From NCBI GenBank assembly GCA_945861965.1, contig CAMAWM010000009.1, forward strand, positions 1,742-65,741: a DNA stretch of 64,000 nt. Reading direction: 5' to 3'. Under the pieces are notes generated by a model. That model worked only from the letters and a program-made list of their open reading frames with translations, was not told the DNA's origin and did no database searches. Origin of the DNA: Chitinophaga pinensis (GTDB lineage: Bacteria > Bacteroidota > Bacteroidia > UKL13-3). Shown piece after piece: positions 1 through 11,529 of this stretch. Position numbers and translations under genes: made by a program. Numbering within the stretch: position 1 is the stretch's first letter; each line of letters starts with the position of its first letter.

Positions 1-2170
1 AGAAAAAATGTGGATTAATTTAGATTCGCTTGAAGGCAAATGGGATTCGTTAGATGTTACTAAAAACTTTCTGTTTCATCAATACAACAAAGTAAAAGAC
101 CCAAACGCTTGGGTTACTACAGGATTGATTGTTAAAAACGGAAACTGTTACGATACGGCTTGGTATCATCACATGTTTCAACTTCTTGATTTGAAACCCG
201 CATTTAGAGTAAAAGTTGAGGGGATTTGCGCGCCTTACAAAGTTACTATTTCATTAATTGATTCAATTCAGGATAGTTTAGTCCGCGCTCAATTTTACTT
301 TAATGGAATTTATATTACTCAAAATTTTTCAATTACCGATTCTGTCATTAATTCTAAATCATTTACGTTTAATACAAGCGGAATAAAAACATTGGCTGTA
401 ATACTTACCAATAGAAAAGGGTGTATTCTAAATTACGACACGGCTTTAAACTTAGGGATTTTTGTATATATGTTGCCTTCAAAATTGCCGAAACCTATTT
501 ATTGCCAAGGCGATAGTGTCGAGTTTTTAGACCAGGTTTATTATTATGGCGATACTCGAAAATTTTGGAAAGATCCAAATCGAGCAGCTTCTGGGAAAGA
601 GCAATTGCTTTGGGATTTTGGCGATAATAGCAGTCCGCCATTTACAATTTCAGGAGCTTCGCCCAAACATAAATACACAAAAATTGCAAATTATAAAGTG
701 CGAATGTTAGCAATTGATAGTATGGGTTGCCGCGATACTTTTAATTATGTTTTGAAGGTTATAGGAGTCAAAGCTGTAATAGCACCATTGACAGAAAACT
801 TAGCTTGTGCGCCTAAAATAATTTCATTTAAAGACCGATCATACGAAATTGATTCATCTGCACTTTATGGACAATTGCCTTACGATGTCGATACTTTTAA
901 TATTTGGGATTTTGGTGATGGGAAGCCGTACAGTTTTTTGCGAAATCCAATTCATGATTACACAAGCAATGGATTGTTTAAAGTTCGAAATGTTGTGATG
1001 ACTTTAGAAGGATGTACAGACACCGCTTTTATGGATGTATTTATTAAAGGACCAAATCCTTCGTATAGTTTCTTAAGTGGTGACACTATGGGTTGTAGTC
1101 CTGTAACTTTGAAAATGAAAAACACAACTGGTAGGCAATTGTTAAATTGGCAATGGTTGATCGCAGGGCCTCAAAATTCGGTACTTTCAACCAACCGCGA
1201 CACGGACGTTGCGTTTACTTTTAACCTACCTGGAATTTATCGAATACTGTTGCTTGGAGTAGATACAGTAACAAATCCTGTAACGGGATTAACTTTTAAT
1301 TGCTCAGCAGTTGCGCCCGATACATTGAATCCAAATACGCCACCAACTTTTGTTTATGTTTACGACAACCCTTTGGCAAAACTATTTGGTCCTGACAGTG
1401 TTTGTATCAATACGCCATTTTATTTATTTTCATCATCCGATTCTATTTACAATTCGTACATATACGATTTTGATGATGGCAATAGTATAACTAGAACAAA
1501 ATATAAAGACACTGTTACTTATTTATATTCAACAGCTGGGAACTATACTATTCGTTTAATTCCATCGTCTCCGTTTAGTTTGCAATGTATTGATACAGGA
1601 AAAGTGTCAGTAACTGTGAGAGATGTAATTGCTGATTTTGATTTTGACGATAGCAATTCTCCAATTTATAAGTTTATCAATAAATCGCTTTATGCCAATT
1701 CGTATCTATGGAGTTTTGGTCAGCCTAGTTCAGGAATATTTAATACTTCGACAGACGAAAACCCAAGCCATAATTACAATTCGATAAGCGATACTTTTAA
1801 GGTTTGTTTAATAGCAATTCATCTAGCAGGGTGCACAGATACTATTTGCAAAGAAATAGTTCCTGCATCCATGTTAATTAAAGTTCCGAATGTATTTACA
1901 CCAAATAACGATGGCGTTAACGATGCATTTGACATTGACATTCAGGGATACAAAAAATATAGTTTACAGGTTTTTAACCGTTGGGGAAATTTGGTTTTTG
2001 AAACAGATAAAGATGGAAAAGGGAATGATGGAATTAATTGGAATGGAAAAATAAATAACAACGCTTCAGAATGCAGTAACGGAGTGTATTATTATATTTT
2101 TAATTACAAACTTGCTAGCGAATTGAATGAAAAATCTTTGCATGGAACAATTACATTAATAAGAGATTGA
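1..2170 (+). CDS. PKD-repeat surface protein with gliding-motility-associated (T9SS type B) C-terminal domain; 5'-partial
   Basis: Repeated WDFGD..P.H.Y...G.Y.V PKD motifs; C-terminal VPNVFTPNNDGVND...VFNRWG...WNG...GVYYY...GTITLIR type B CTD; frame is open upstream of ATG 8 to the window edge. Confidence 0.85.
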   Translation, partial: EKMWINLDSLEGKWDSLDVTKNFLFHQYNKVKDPNAWVTTGLIVKNGNCYDTAWYHHMFQLLDLKPAFRVKVEGICAPYKVTISLIDSIQDSLVRAQFYFNGIYITQNFSITDSVINSKSFTFNTSGIKTLAVILTNRKGCILNYDTALNLGIFVYMLPSKLPKPIYCQGDSVEFLDQVYYYGDTRKFWKDPNRAASGKEQLLWDFGDNSSPPFTISGASPKHKYTKIANYKVRMLAIDSMGCRDTFNYVLKVIGVKAVIAPLTENLACAPKIISFKDRSYEIDSSALYGQLPYDVDTFNIWDFGDGKPYSFLRNPIHDYTSNGLFKVRNVVMTLEGCTDTAFMDVFIKGPNPSYSFLSGDTMGCSPVTLKMKNTTGRQLLNWQWLIAGPQNSVLSTNRDTDVAFTFNLPGIYRILLLGVDTVTNPVTGLTFNCSAVAPDTLNPNTPPTFVYVYDNPLAKLFGPDSVCINTPFYLFSSSDSIYNSYIYDFDDGNSITRTKYKDTVTYLYSTAGNYTIRLIPSSPFSLQCIDTGKVSVTVRDVIADFDFDDSNSPIYKFINKSLYANSYLWSFGQPSSGIFNTSTDENPSHNYNSISDTFKVCLIAIHLAGCTDTICKEIVPASMLIKVPNVFTPNNDGVNDAFDIDIQGYKKYSLQVFNRWGNLVFETDKDGKGNDGINWNGKINNNASECSNGVYYYIFNYKLASELNEKSLHGTITLIRD

Positions 2171-2175
2171 TGTTT

Positions 2176-3171
2176 TTATCGTGCGCTTGGCGTACAATCT
2201 AAACTTGCAAAATCGCCTGCTAAATATTTGAAATGTGCAGCCATTGCAATCATTGCAGCATTGTCGGTGCAGTATTCAATTGCCGGAATAAATGTTTTCC
2301 AGCCCAAATCTAATCCGCTTTGTTCAACAGCATTTCTCAATCCGCTATTTGCCGAAACTCCTCCGGCTAAAGCAATTTGTTTTATGCCAGTTTGTTTTGA
2401 AGCTAAAAGCAATTTCTTCATCAAATGATCTACAATACTTTGTTGAATTGATGCGCATAAATCGTGTAAATTATTTTGAATAAAATTAGAATCCTTTTTC
2501 AATTCGTCTCTTACAAAATAAAGGTATGATGTTTTTAAACCGCTAAAGCTGTAATCCAAATTTGGAATATTGGGTTTTGCAAACTGGAACATTTTTGAAT
2601 TACCATTTTCGGCATATTTGTCAATCAAAGGGCCGCCAGGATAGCGAAGCCCCAGAATTTTTGCCGCCTTATCAAATGCTTCTCCAGCCGCATCGTCTAA
2701 TGTTTTTCCGGTAATTTCACTTTTGAAATAATCACGCATTACTACCAATTGGGTATGCCCGCCACTTACTGTTAAACACAAAAAAGGAAAGCTTGGCTTT
2801 GGTTCGTTTATAAAATGAGCCAACACATGTGCTTGCATATGTTCAACTGCAATAAGCGGAATGTTTAAACTTTGTGCTAATGATTTTGCAAACGATGCAC
2901 CAACCATCAAGGATCCAATCAATCCTGGGCTTTGCGTAAATGCAATTGCAGTAAGTTCATTCAAATTAATATTTGACTGTTTCAATGCCAAATCTACCGT
3001 TTCAACAATATTTTTTTGATGTTCGCGACTTGCCAATTCGGGCACAACGCCACCGTATTTTTCGTGTACTAATTGTCCCGCAACAATATTACTCAACACT
3101 TTCCCGTTTTTCATTACCGCAGCCGCAGTATCGTCACAACTAGATTCTATGGCAAGTATTATTGTATTCAA
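2176..3171 (-). CDS. tsaD: tRNA N6-adenosine threonylcarbamoyltransferase
   Basis: ILAIESSCDDT, GGVVPELASREH, HMQAH, VSGGHT, DDAAGEAFDK, TDNAAMIA motifs. Confidence 0.97.
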   Translation of the reverse strand: MNTIILAIESSCDDTAAAVMKNGKVLSNIVAGQLVHEKYGGVVPELASREHQKNIVETVDLALKQSNINLNELTAIAFTQSPGLIGSLMVGASFAKSLAQSLNIPLIAVEHMQAHVLAHFINEPKPSFPFLCLTVSGGHTQLVVMRDYFKSEITGKTLDDAAGEAFDKAAKILGLRYPGGPLIDKYAENGNSKMFQFAKPNIPNLDYSFSGLKTSYLYFVRDELKKDSNFIQNNLHDLCASIQQSIVDHLMKKLLLASKQTGIKQIALAGGVSANSGLRNAVEQSGLDLGWKTFIPAIEYCTDNAAMIAMAAHFKYLAGDFASLDCTPSAR

Positions 3172-3212
3172 GTGGATGCGATTGCGTTATTGGGCGATTA
3201 AAATTTTGTAAT

Positions 3213-3220
3213 TAACTTTG
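3213..3220 (+). promoter_or_regulatory. Bacteroidota sigma-A -7 element (TAACTTTG) for tamB
   Basis: Matches TAnnTTTG 10 nt upstream of the GTG start. Confidence 0.5.
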
Positions 3221-3230
3221 GCAAATTAGC

Positions 3231-6200
3231 GTGAAGAAAATTTTTATCAAAATATCTTATGTTTTTTTAGGCATCTTATTTTTTATGATGACCTTATTCT
3301 ATTTGATTTTCAATAACAATAGCTTTCAAAATTTTCTTATTCAAAGAGTAAGCTCGTATCTAAGCAGCGCCTTTAAAACTGAAATTACAATTGGCCATAT
3401 AAATTATGATGGATGGACTTATTTTAGCATAGACGATGTGTATTGGGGCGATCAGAAAAAAGACACGCTTTTTTACCTTAAAAACATGCAGTTTGATATT
3501 GGCGGAATTGAAATAGATTCAAGCCGTTTTGTGTTAAGTAAACTGAATGTAGATGGCGCAATTTGCAATATAGTAACATACCCTGACGGCACTTTTAATA
3601 TAAATACAGTATTCAATATTATTGATCCAAATGATACGTTGCCAAAGGATCCAAATGCTCCGAAATTTAAATTGATTTTTGACGAAGTTAATTTAACAAA
3701 CAGTCAATTTAGAATAATTGACTCTACGCAACAATTTGAATCAGAAGGATTCGATCCATTCAACGAAAATTTTTATAACATAAATTTAAAGGCCTTGCAT
3801 TTTAAAATAATTGAAGATTCATTGCATTTTAATCTGCAAAATCTAAGCGCAATAGAGCAAAGTGGCTTTGAGTTAAAGTCAATGAAAGCGAAAGCGATTG
3901 TCTGCAGTAAATTAATGCAATTTGACGATCTGGAAGCTGAAACTGGAAATAGTTTAATTAAAAATTTTGTGAGTATGTCGTTTGAAAACTGGGATAGCTG
4001 CGCAAATGATTTCATGAGCAATGTGTATTTAAAAGGAAATCTGAAGCAGAGCGAAATTAGCATGAATGATATTGCGTTTTTTGCTCCAGCATTAGAAATT
4101 TTTAATTATTCGGTAATTGCAGACGCAAAAATTAGAGGCACAATTCGAAACTTAAAAATACGCGATGCAAATATAAAGTACGCAAACAATACTTCATTTA
4201 GCGGCAATATTAGCATGAATGGTTTGCCAGATATAAATCAAACATTTATTGAAGCCAATGCAGATTTTGCAGCAACAGATAAAAGCGAACTTGAAAAAAT
4301 AATTGGAATGCCTTTGCCTGATGAATTAAATAAATTAGGTGTCTTAAAGTTTAAAGGCCACTATACTGGTTTTATTAATGATTTTGTGAGTTACGGAAAA
4401 TTTGAAACTCATTTTGGCAATATAAGTACGGACTTAAATATGAAACTTGCTAAAGATGCAAGACAAAGCGTTTATTCGGGTATTTTAAATATAAATAATT
4501 TCAATTTAGGTGCGTATTTAGAAAACAAAAACTTTGGATTTACTACTTTAAATGCAACAATTAATGGCAAGGGTTTGGATTTTAAAACCTTGAAAGCTAA
4601 ACTAGAAAGCAATTTAAGTTATTTTGATTTCAACGGATATCGTTATACTAATTTGTCATTAAAAGCATTGTGTGATAAGAAAAATCTGAACGGAGATTTT
4701 GAGATTAAAGACGAAAACATAAAAATAAAATTGCTGGGAAATGTAGATTTGAGCAAAGACATTCCTGAATTTAATTTTAATTCTATAATTGATGGCGCTT
4801 CTTTGAAAGTATTGAATTTTTCGAAGAATGAAATTTATTTAAGCACAAAAATCAATGGTGATTTTGCGATTAAAACGATTGATAAAAATAGTGGAACAAT
4901 TAATTTTCGAAATACAATTTGCGATTTCAACGGAAGGGATTTTACTATTAATCATATAAAACTATTTTCTTCAAATACGAACAAAAGAATTCTGAATTTT
5001 TCAAGTGATTTTGCAGATGGAAATATTCAAGGCCAATACAACTTTGCAGATTTGCATAAATGTTTTTACAATTTATTATGCAAAGTAGCGCCTGCATATT
5101 TAAAGCCGTATCACGAAAAAGAAATTACTAAGCAAAATTTTGATTTTGAATTGTCAGTTAGAAATACAGATAATTTATCGCCTATGTTTTTTCCGGAAAT
5201 TGATGTGAATGATTTAAATGTAAAAGGAAGTTTTAGTAACGTAAATAATACTGCAGAAATAATTGGATTTACCGAAACATTCAGGTACAATAATTTTTAT
5301 TTCAGCGACCTTATTTTAAAAACCAAACTAATTGAAGGTAAAAAAGCGGAGCTGTTATTCGGCATTTCGCGCTTTTCTAAAAGCGACACGTTGATGATTC
5401 ATGAGTTTGCAGTTAAATCGACAATAGAAAACAATCGAGCAGATTTACATCTTATTGTTCAAGATACTTCAAGCTTAATTTATTCAAATATTAATGCAAA
5501 ACTTTTGTTTGAATCGGAGAATATAAAATTGCTTTTTGACGAATCTAATTTTGTTTTTAACAGCTCGAAATGGAATATTAACAAAACTGGAATTGTAGAT
5601 TTCGGAAATCGAAATTTAAGTTTTTCTAATTTCTCTATAAACAATAATGATCAACAGATTTTCTTGACGGGATTTTATAATTTCAAAAACAAGGAAAGAA
5701 ATGTACTAATCGCTTTAAATGATTTTAACCTTTCAAATATCAATATATTTTTACCGCGAATAGAGATCAAATTTGCTGGATTGACAAATGGAAATGTTGT
5801 ATTGAGAACGATGGACGGAAAAAATTTGTTTACCAATAATTTATGGGTTACTCAATTTGCACTTGATAACGATACGGTAGGAGATTTTGAAATAAACGGA
5901 AGATTAGATAGTAAATTTGATCGATTAACTTTTGATGCAAAATCGCTAAAAGGCAAGTTGAATAATTTTAATGCCGTAGGATATTGGATTTTAGAAAGTG
6001 GCGAAATAAATGCGGACATTGGTTTTGAAAATGCCGAGATAAAATCGTTGCAAGCTTTTGCCAAAGAATACATCACCTTGTATGATGGAAAAGCATCGTT
6101 GAATGCCAAATTAACAGGAACTTTAGCCAAGCCAGTTGTGAATGGAAGTTTGATGGCAAACAATATTGTAACTCGAATAGAATACCTAAAAACAATATAT

Positions 6201-7610
6201 AATTTATCAGGGAAATTCAATTTTAATAAAAACGAAATTGCATTTGAACCGTTTAAAATTTACGATTCGAAAAAACATACTGCCGATGTTTCAGGAAAAA
6301 TTGCACATAAAAACTTTAGTGATTTTTCATTCGATGTATTGATAAATAATTTCAACGAATTTCAAATACTAAATACAACATCTAAAGACAATTATTTGTT
6401 TTATGGAACTGCTTATGGAAGTGGTGATGTAACAATTAAAGGACCAATTGACGACATAGAATTAAATATTAAAGCAACTGCATCAAAAAACACAAAAATT
6501 TACATCGCGCCTTTTGGTAGTTCAGAATCTAGCGTTGAAGAATTAATACATTTTGTAGACAAAGACACTTTGAATAAATCGGTAATAAATCGAAATCCAT
6601 CTTTAAGTGGATTTTCACTTAACATGCTTATTAATGCAACTACTGATGCTGAAGTTCAAATTGTTTTTGACGAAAATACTGACGACAAAATAAGTGCAAT
6701 AGGGGATGGCACCATTAAATTAGAGTTGAATAAACAAGGTGTTTTTAACATGTTTGGCGAATACAATGTTTTGGAAGGCGATTATGTATTCAGTGCGTTG
6801 AATGTGGTTAACAAAAAATTCAAATTGCAAAAAAGTACAATTGAATGGAATGGCGATCCGCTTGATGCAAAGTTGAATATTAATGGTGTTTACAAACATC
6901 GAACTACAATTAGTGAGTTGTTAAATACATCTGCAACATCCAATTCGAATGATCAATCTGGACAAAGCAATCAGCGCATGTTAGTTGAATGTTTGCTAAA
7001 TATTAATGGAAGTTTACAATCGCCACAGTACAATTTTGATCTTAATTTTCCGGAGATTGACAACAGTATGAATGGAAGTAATTTAAGTGATTTGAATGTG
7101 GCATTAAACAACTTGCGTAAAGAGCCACAGCAAATGACTCAACAGATAATTAATTTGATGGTTTTCGGAAAATTTGCAAGGATTAGCAACTCTAATACAG
7201 CAACCACAAATGCTGGAACGGCATTAGGCATAAATACGCTTTCGGAACTTGCGTCAACCCAACTTACAAATATGTTGAATAAAGTAATTCCAAATATGAA
7301 TATTACAATTGATGTATTGAATGCTGTCGATCCATTAAAAGGAAGAAATTTTTTGTTTACAGCATCCAAAAGGGTTTTGGATAACAGGCTTGAATTGCAA
7401 GGAAGTTATGCAACAGATAATTCGCAAAATAATTTCTTGGCTCAATACAATATTTCAAAAAATGGAAACTTTAAGGCACGTGCATTTAACCGGCAACTTG
7501 TAGATCCAATTTTTAGCCGAAACGTAAGCACTCAAGGATTTAGTTTGTTTTATCGCAAAGAGTTTGACAATCTTTTAGATTTATTCAAGCCAAAGAATTT
7601 AGGCTATTAA
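3231..7610 (+). CDS. tamB: translocation/assembly module TamB (AsmA-like) protein
   Basis: 1459 aa, N-terminal TM anchor, long beta-rich body, C-terminal DUF490-like region (I.W.GDP.DA.LNI.GVY ... QGFSLFYRKEFD); divergent from tsaD as is typical in Bacteroidota. Confidence 0.85.
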   Translation: MKKIFIKISYVFLGILFFMMTLFYLIFNNNSFQNFLIQRVSSYLSSAFKTEITIGHINYDGWTYFSIDDVYWGDQKKDTLFYLKNMQFDIGGIEIDSSRFVLSKLNVDGAICNIVTYPDGTFNINTVFNIIDPNDTLPKDPNAPKFKLIFDEVNLTNSQFRIIDSTQQFESEGFDPFNENFYNINLKALHFKIIEDSLHFNLQNLSAIEQSGFELKSMKAKAIVCSKLMQFDDLEAETGNSLIKNFVSMSFENWDSCANDFMSNVYLKGNLKQSEISMNDIAFFAPALEIFNYSVIADAKIRGTIRNLKIRDANIKYANNTSFSGNISMNGLPDINQTFIEANADFAATDKSELEKIIGMPLPDELNKLGVLKFKGHYTGFINDFVSYGKFETHFGNISTDLNMKLAKDARQSVYSGILNINNFNLGAYLENKNFGFTTLNATINGKGLDFKTLKAKLESNLSYFDFNGYRYTNLSLKALCDKKNLNGDFEIKDENIKIKLLGNVDLSKDIPEFNFNSIIDGASLKVLNFSKNEIYLSTKINGDFAIKTIDKNSGTINFRNTICDFNGRDFTINHIKLFSSNTNKRILNFSSDFADGNIQGQYNFADLHKCFYNLLCKVAPAYLKPYHEKEITKQNFDFELSVRNTDNLSPMFFPEIDVNDLNVKGSFSNVNNTAEIIGFTETFRYNNFYFSDLILKTKLIEGKKAELLFGISRFSKSDTLMIHEFAVKSTIENNRADLHLIVQDTSSLIYSNINAKLLFESENIKLLFDESNFVFNSSKWNINKTGIVDFGNRNLSFSNFSINNNDQQIFLTGFYNFKNKERNVLIALNDFNLSNINIFLPRIEIKFAGLTNGNVVLRTMDGKNLFTNNLWVTQFALDNDTVGDFEINGRLDSKFDRLTFDAKSLKGKLNNFNAVGYWILESGEINADIGFENAEIKSLQAFAKEYITLYDGKASLNAKLTGTLAKPVVNGSLMANNIVTRIEYLKTIYNLSGKFNFNKNEIAFEPFKIYDSKKHTADVSGKIAHKNFSDFSFDVLINNFNEFQILNTTSKDNYLFYGTAYGSGDVTIKGPIDDIELNIKATASKNTKIYIAPFGSSESSVEELIHFVDKDTLNKSVINRNPSLSGFSLNMLINATTDAEVQIVFDENTDDKISAIGDGTIKLELNKQGVFNMFGEYNVLEGDYVFSALNVVNKKFKLQKSTIEWNGDPLDAKLNINGVYKHRTTISELLNTSATSNSNDQSGQSNQRMLVECLLNINGSLQSPQYNFDLNFPEIDNSMNGSNLSDLNVALNNLRKEPQQMTQQIINLMVFGKFARISNSNTATTNAGTALGINTLSELASTQLTNMLNKVIPNMNITIDVLNAVDPLKGRNFLFTASKRVLDNRLELQGSYATDNSQNNFLAQYNISKNGNFKARAFNRQLVDPIFSRNVSTQGFSLFYRKEFDNLLDLFKPKNLGY

Positions 7611-7635
7611 AAAACTAATATTAGAAATTTAAACT

Positions 7636-8457
7636 ATGCAACAAGCACCGATTGGTATTTTTGATTCGGGTTATGGAGGGCTAACAGTGATGCAAGAAAT
7701 TGTAAAAAAGTTGCCGGAATACGATTATATTTATTTGGGAGATAATGCTCGTTCGCCATACGGAACACGATCGTATGAAATAGTGTATCAATATACATTA
7801 GAAGCTGTTAAAAAATTAGCGGATTTAGGATGTAAATTAATTGTTTTGGCGTGTAACACTGCATCAGCAAAAGCACTTAGAACAATTCAACAAAACGATT
7901 TGCCAAAAATGCAAAAAGATTTGCGTGTGCTTGGAGTAATTCGACCAACAACAGAAATAATTGGCAACTACTCTAACACAAATCACATTGGTGTTTTTGC
8001 AACCAACGGAACGGTTGATTCTAATTCATATCCAATTGAAATCGAAAAGTTTTTTCCTGATGTGAAAGTGTTTCAACAAGCTTGCCCATTATGGGTTTCA
8101 CTAATTGAAAACAATGAATACAAAAATGAAGGGTCTGATTTTTTTATTAAAAAAAATATCGAAGATTTAATGCTTCAATCAAATAAAATTGACACAGTTC
8201 TGCTCGGTTGTACTCACTATCCTTTGCTGTTAAATAAAATAAAAAAATATTTAGACCCTTCGGTAAATATTATTTCTCAAGGCGAAATTGTAGCGAATAG
8301 TTTAGTCAATTACTTAAGTAGACATTCTGAAATTGAGCAATTGTGTAGTAAGAATAAATCGAGAACATTTTATACAACAGATAGTCCAGAAAATTTCGAT
8401 TTAAATGCTTCTAATTTTTATAACGAAAAAATTAGAAGCAACCATTTAGAGTATTAA
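7636..8457 (+). CDS. murI: glutamate racemase
   Basis: IGIFDSGYGGLTV, ACNTAS, LGCTHYP catalytic motifs. Confidence 0.97.
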   Translation: MQQAPIGIFDSGYGGLTVMQEIVKKLPEYDYIYLGDNARSPYGTRSYEIVYQYTLEAVKKLADLGCKLIVLACNTASAKALRTIQQNDLPKMQKDLRVLGVIRPTTEIIGNYSNTNHIGVFATNGTVDSNSYPIEIEKFFPDVKVFQQACPLWVSLIENNEYKNEGSDFFIKKNIEDLMLQSNKIDTVLLGCTHYPLLLNKIKKYLDPSVNIISQGEIVANSLVNYLSRHSEIEQLCSKNKSRTFYTTDSPENFDLNASNFYNEKIRSNHLEY

Positions 8458-11270
8458 TTTAATTTTGATTTAAGGAACTTAGCTGTAAAACTATTTTTTA
8501 CTTTAATCAAGTCTTCAGGAAATCCTTCAAAAACTAAATTGCCGCCTTTTTCACCGGCTTCTGGACCTAAATCAATTATCCAATCTGCACATTTTGCAAC
8601 GTCCATATTGTGTTCGATCACAAGAATGCTATGCCCTTGATCAATCAATGCATTAAACGAGGTTAATAGTTTTTTGATGTCGTTAAAATGTAAGCCAGTA
8701 GTGGGCTCATCAAAAATAAATAAAATATGTTCTGATGCATTGCGTTTGCTAATAAACGAAGCCAATTTAACTCGTTGCGCCTCGCCACCAGAAAGCGAAT
8801 TGCTGCTTTGTCCCAATTGAATATAGCCCAATCCAACATCGGCTAATGGTTTTATTTTATTTGAAATTGATGGCTCGTTTTCGAAAAATAATAAGGATTC
8901 GTCAACACTCAAATTAAGCACATCGCTTATGTGTTTATCTCTATATTTTACCTCCAAAACATCCTCTTTAAATCGTGCTCCTTTGCAATCTTCACAAGTT
9001 AAATGTATGTCGGCCATAAATTGCATTTCAATTGTTACTTCACCTTCGCCTTGGCAAGTTTCGCATCTTCCGCCATCAACATTAAAACTAAAATGTTGAG
9101 GTCTGTAATTGCGGCTTTTGCTCATTGATTGCGAAGCGTAAAGTTCACGAATTGAATCGTATCCTTTTAAATAAGTTATTGGATTGCTTCGGCTTGATTT
9201 CCCAATTGGATTTTGGTCAATCATTTCTACTTGAGTTATGCTTTTAAAATCGCCCTCTAAAGAATTATATGATCCTGTTTTTTCACCACTATAATTTCCT
9301 AATTGTTTTTGTAATGCATGGTACAATATTTTTTTCACCAAAGTTGTTTTCCCGCTACCGCTAACACCAGTAACTACAGTTAAATTATGCAAAGGAAATT
9401 TCACATCAATATTTTTTAAATTGTGTTGATTTGCTCCTTTTAACTCAATACAATTCGTCCACTTTTTGCGTTTTTTTGGCAGTTCTATTTTTTCTATTCC
9501 ATTCAGGTATTTTGCTGTTAAGCTGTTTGCGTTTTTTTTAATTTCATCAATACTTCCAACTGCAATTTTCTGCCCTCCGTTAACTCCTGCAAGCGGCCCA
9601 ATGTCAATAATTTCATCGCAAGTTTTCATTATTTCCTCATCGTGTTCAACTACGACAACAGTATTTCCAATGTCTCTTAACGTTTTTAAAACTGAAATTA
9701 ATGTTTCGGTATCTCTTGGATGTAAGCCAATACTTGGCTCATCTAAAATATAAAGCGATCCAACCAAACTACTACCTAACGAAGTGGCAAGATTTAATCG
9801 TTGAGTTTCGCCACCACTAAGTGAGTTTGATAATCGATTTAGGGATAGGTATCCAAGTCCAACATTTTTGAGAAAAGAAAGCCTACTTTTTATTTCAAGT
9901 AAAATTCTTTTAGCTATTTTTTGATGGTATTCTGACAAAATCAATTCGTTAAAATAATCTGTCGATTCGGAAATATTCATCAACAGAATCTCAGATAACG
10001 ATTTGTAATTTTTCTTATTTTTCTTCGACTCGTCAATAAGTTTCACATAGTTTGTATCGTGCCTAAGTCTTGTCCCTTTACAGGTTTGGCAGATAGTTTT
10101 ACCTCTATATCTGGCCAACATAACTCGGTATTGAATTTTATATGTTTGCTTTTCTAGCTCTTTGAAAAATCCATCAAGTCCAACCCAAACTTTATTTCCA
10201 TGCCACAAAAAATCTTTTTGTTTTGATGTAAGTTCAGAATAAGATTTATGAATTGGGAAATCATTTTTGCGACAATGCAAGATGAATTGATTTTTCCATT
10301 CGCCCATATGTTCGCCTCTCCAACAAGCAATAGCATCATCGAAAATACTTTTGCCGGTATTTGGAACAACTAAATCTTCGTCAATTCCAATTACACTGCC
10401 AAAACCTTGGCAGGTTTTACATGCGCCATAAGGATTGTTAAAACTAAAGAAGTTTACCGTAGGCTCTTCAAATGTAATTTGGTCTAATTCGAAACGATTA
10501 TTGAAATAGATTTTTTCAGCATCTTTTTTATTTTCGTTTATTGTTTGAATGATTATTTCTCCATGCCCTTCGTAAAATGCCGTTTGTATTGAATCTGAAA
10601 TTCGATTTTGGAAATCTTCGTTTTCAATTTGAACAGAGAATCTATCAATCAACAAATATATTTTTCGCTTTTCTTGTTTTATTTTTTGCGATAAATAATC
10701 TTCGATTAACATCGTTTCGTTTTCAACAACCAATCTGCTAAACCCGTTTTGCAAAAAAGTTTCAAGTGGAATTTTAAATTCCTTTTCAATTGATTTTATT
10801 TCGACAAGTAAAAATATTTTCTTGTCAACCTCAAGTGTCAATATGTAATTAACTACATCTTCAACTGTATGTCGTTTTACTATTTTTCCTGAAACTGGAG
10901 AGATTGTAACTCCAATTCTTGAAAATAATAATTTCAGATAATCATAAATTTCGCTTGTGGTCGCTACTGTTGAACGAGGATTTCTAATATTTACTTTTTG
11001 TTCGATTGCGATGGATGGAGATATTCCGTGTATGTAATCAACATCGGGTTTATTCATTTTTCCAAGAAACTGTCTGGCATAAGCAGACAGGCTTTCAACG
11101 TATCTTCGTTGCCCTTCGGCATACAAAGTATCAAATACCAAACTACTTTTCCCGCTTCCTGAAACACCAGTAACAACTGTAAGTTTATTTCGTTTAATTT
11201 CAACATCTATATTCTTAAGGTTGTGCATTCGTGCACCTTTAATCAAAATATTTTTAGTTTTTCCGTTCAT
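8454..11270 (-). CDS. uvrA: excinuclease ABC subunit A
   Basis: Two ABC ATPase modules (GVSGSGKSS, LSGGE, DEPSIGLH; GVSGSGKTT, DEPTTGLH) and CxxC zinc fingers; start taken at ATG 11270. Confidence 0.96.
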   Translation of the reverse strand: MNGKTKNILIKGARMHNLKNIDVEIKRNKLTVVTGVSGSGKSSLVFDTLYAEGQRRYVESLSAYARQFLGKMNKPDVDYIHGISPSIAIEQKVNIRNPRSTVATTSEIYDYLKLLFSRIGVTISPVSGKIVKRHTVEDVVNYILTLEVDKKIFLLVEIKSIEKEFKIPLETFLQNGFSRLVVENETMLIEDYLSQKIKQEKRKIYLLIDRFSVQIENEDFQNRISDSIQTAFYEGHGEIIIQTINENKKDAEKIYFNNRFELDQITFEEPTVNFFSFNNPYGACKTCQGFGSVIGIDEDLVVPNTGKSIFDDAIACWRGEHMGEWKNQFILHCRKNDFPIHKSYSELTSKQKDFLWHGNKVWVGLDGFFKELEKQTYKIQYRVMLARYRGKTICQTCKGTRLRHDTNYVKLIDESKKNKKNYKSLSEILLMNISESTDYFNELILSEYHQKIAKRILLEIKSRLSFLKNVGLGYLSLNRLSNSLSGGETQRLNLATSLGSSLVGSLYILDEPSIGLHPRDTETLISVLKTLRDIGNTVVVVEHDEEIMKTCDEIIDIGPLAGVNGGQKIAVGSIDEIKKNANSLTAKYLNGIEKIELPKKRKKWTNCIELKGANQHNLKNIDVKFPLHNLTVVTGVSGSGKTTLVKKILYHALQKQLGNYSGEKTGSYNSLEGDFKSITQVEMIDQNPIGKSSRSNPITYLKGYDSIRELYASQSMSKSRNYRPQHFSFNVDGGRCETCQGEGEVTIEMQFMADIHLTCEDCKGARFKEDVLEVKYRDKHISDVLNLSVDESLLFFENEPSISNKIKPLADVGLGYIQLGQSSNSLSGGEAQRVKLASFISKRNASEHILFIFDEPTTGLHFNDIKKLLTSFNALIDQGHSILVIEHNMDVAKCADWIIDLGPEAGEKGGNLVFEGFPEDLIKVKNSFTAKFLKSKLN

Positions 11271-11529
11271 AAATAAAATAAGCTGCAAGATTAACTAAAA
11301 TCTTCAATCAAAAGCTTTTAGTAAAACACTTCTTATGCAATAGCTTTTCATTACAAATCACTTTCTAATTGTGCAGATTTTTTTTTAAATAGTTTATTTT
11401 TTTTGATTTTTAATTAAATAAACCTACATTCGTAATACAAAAATCAAAAAACGCCCAAAGAAAAAACTCTACACTAACCAATTTAATTCTGTATAGCAAT
11501 ACATTTACTCAACAGTAAAGTTTAACATT

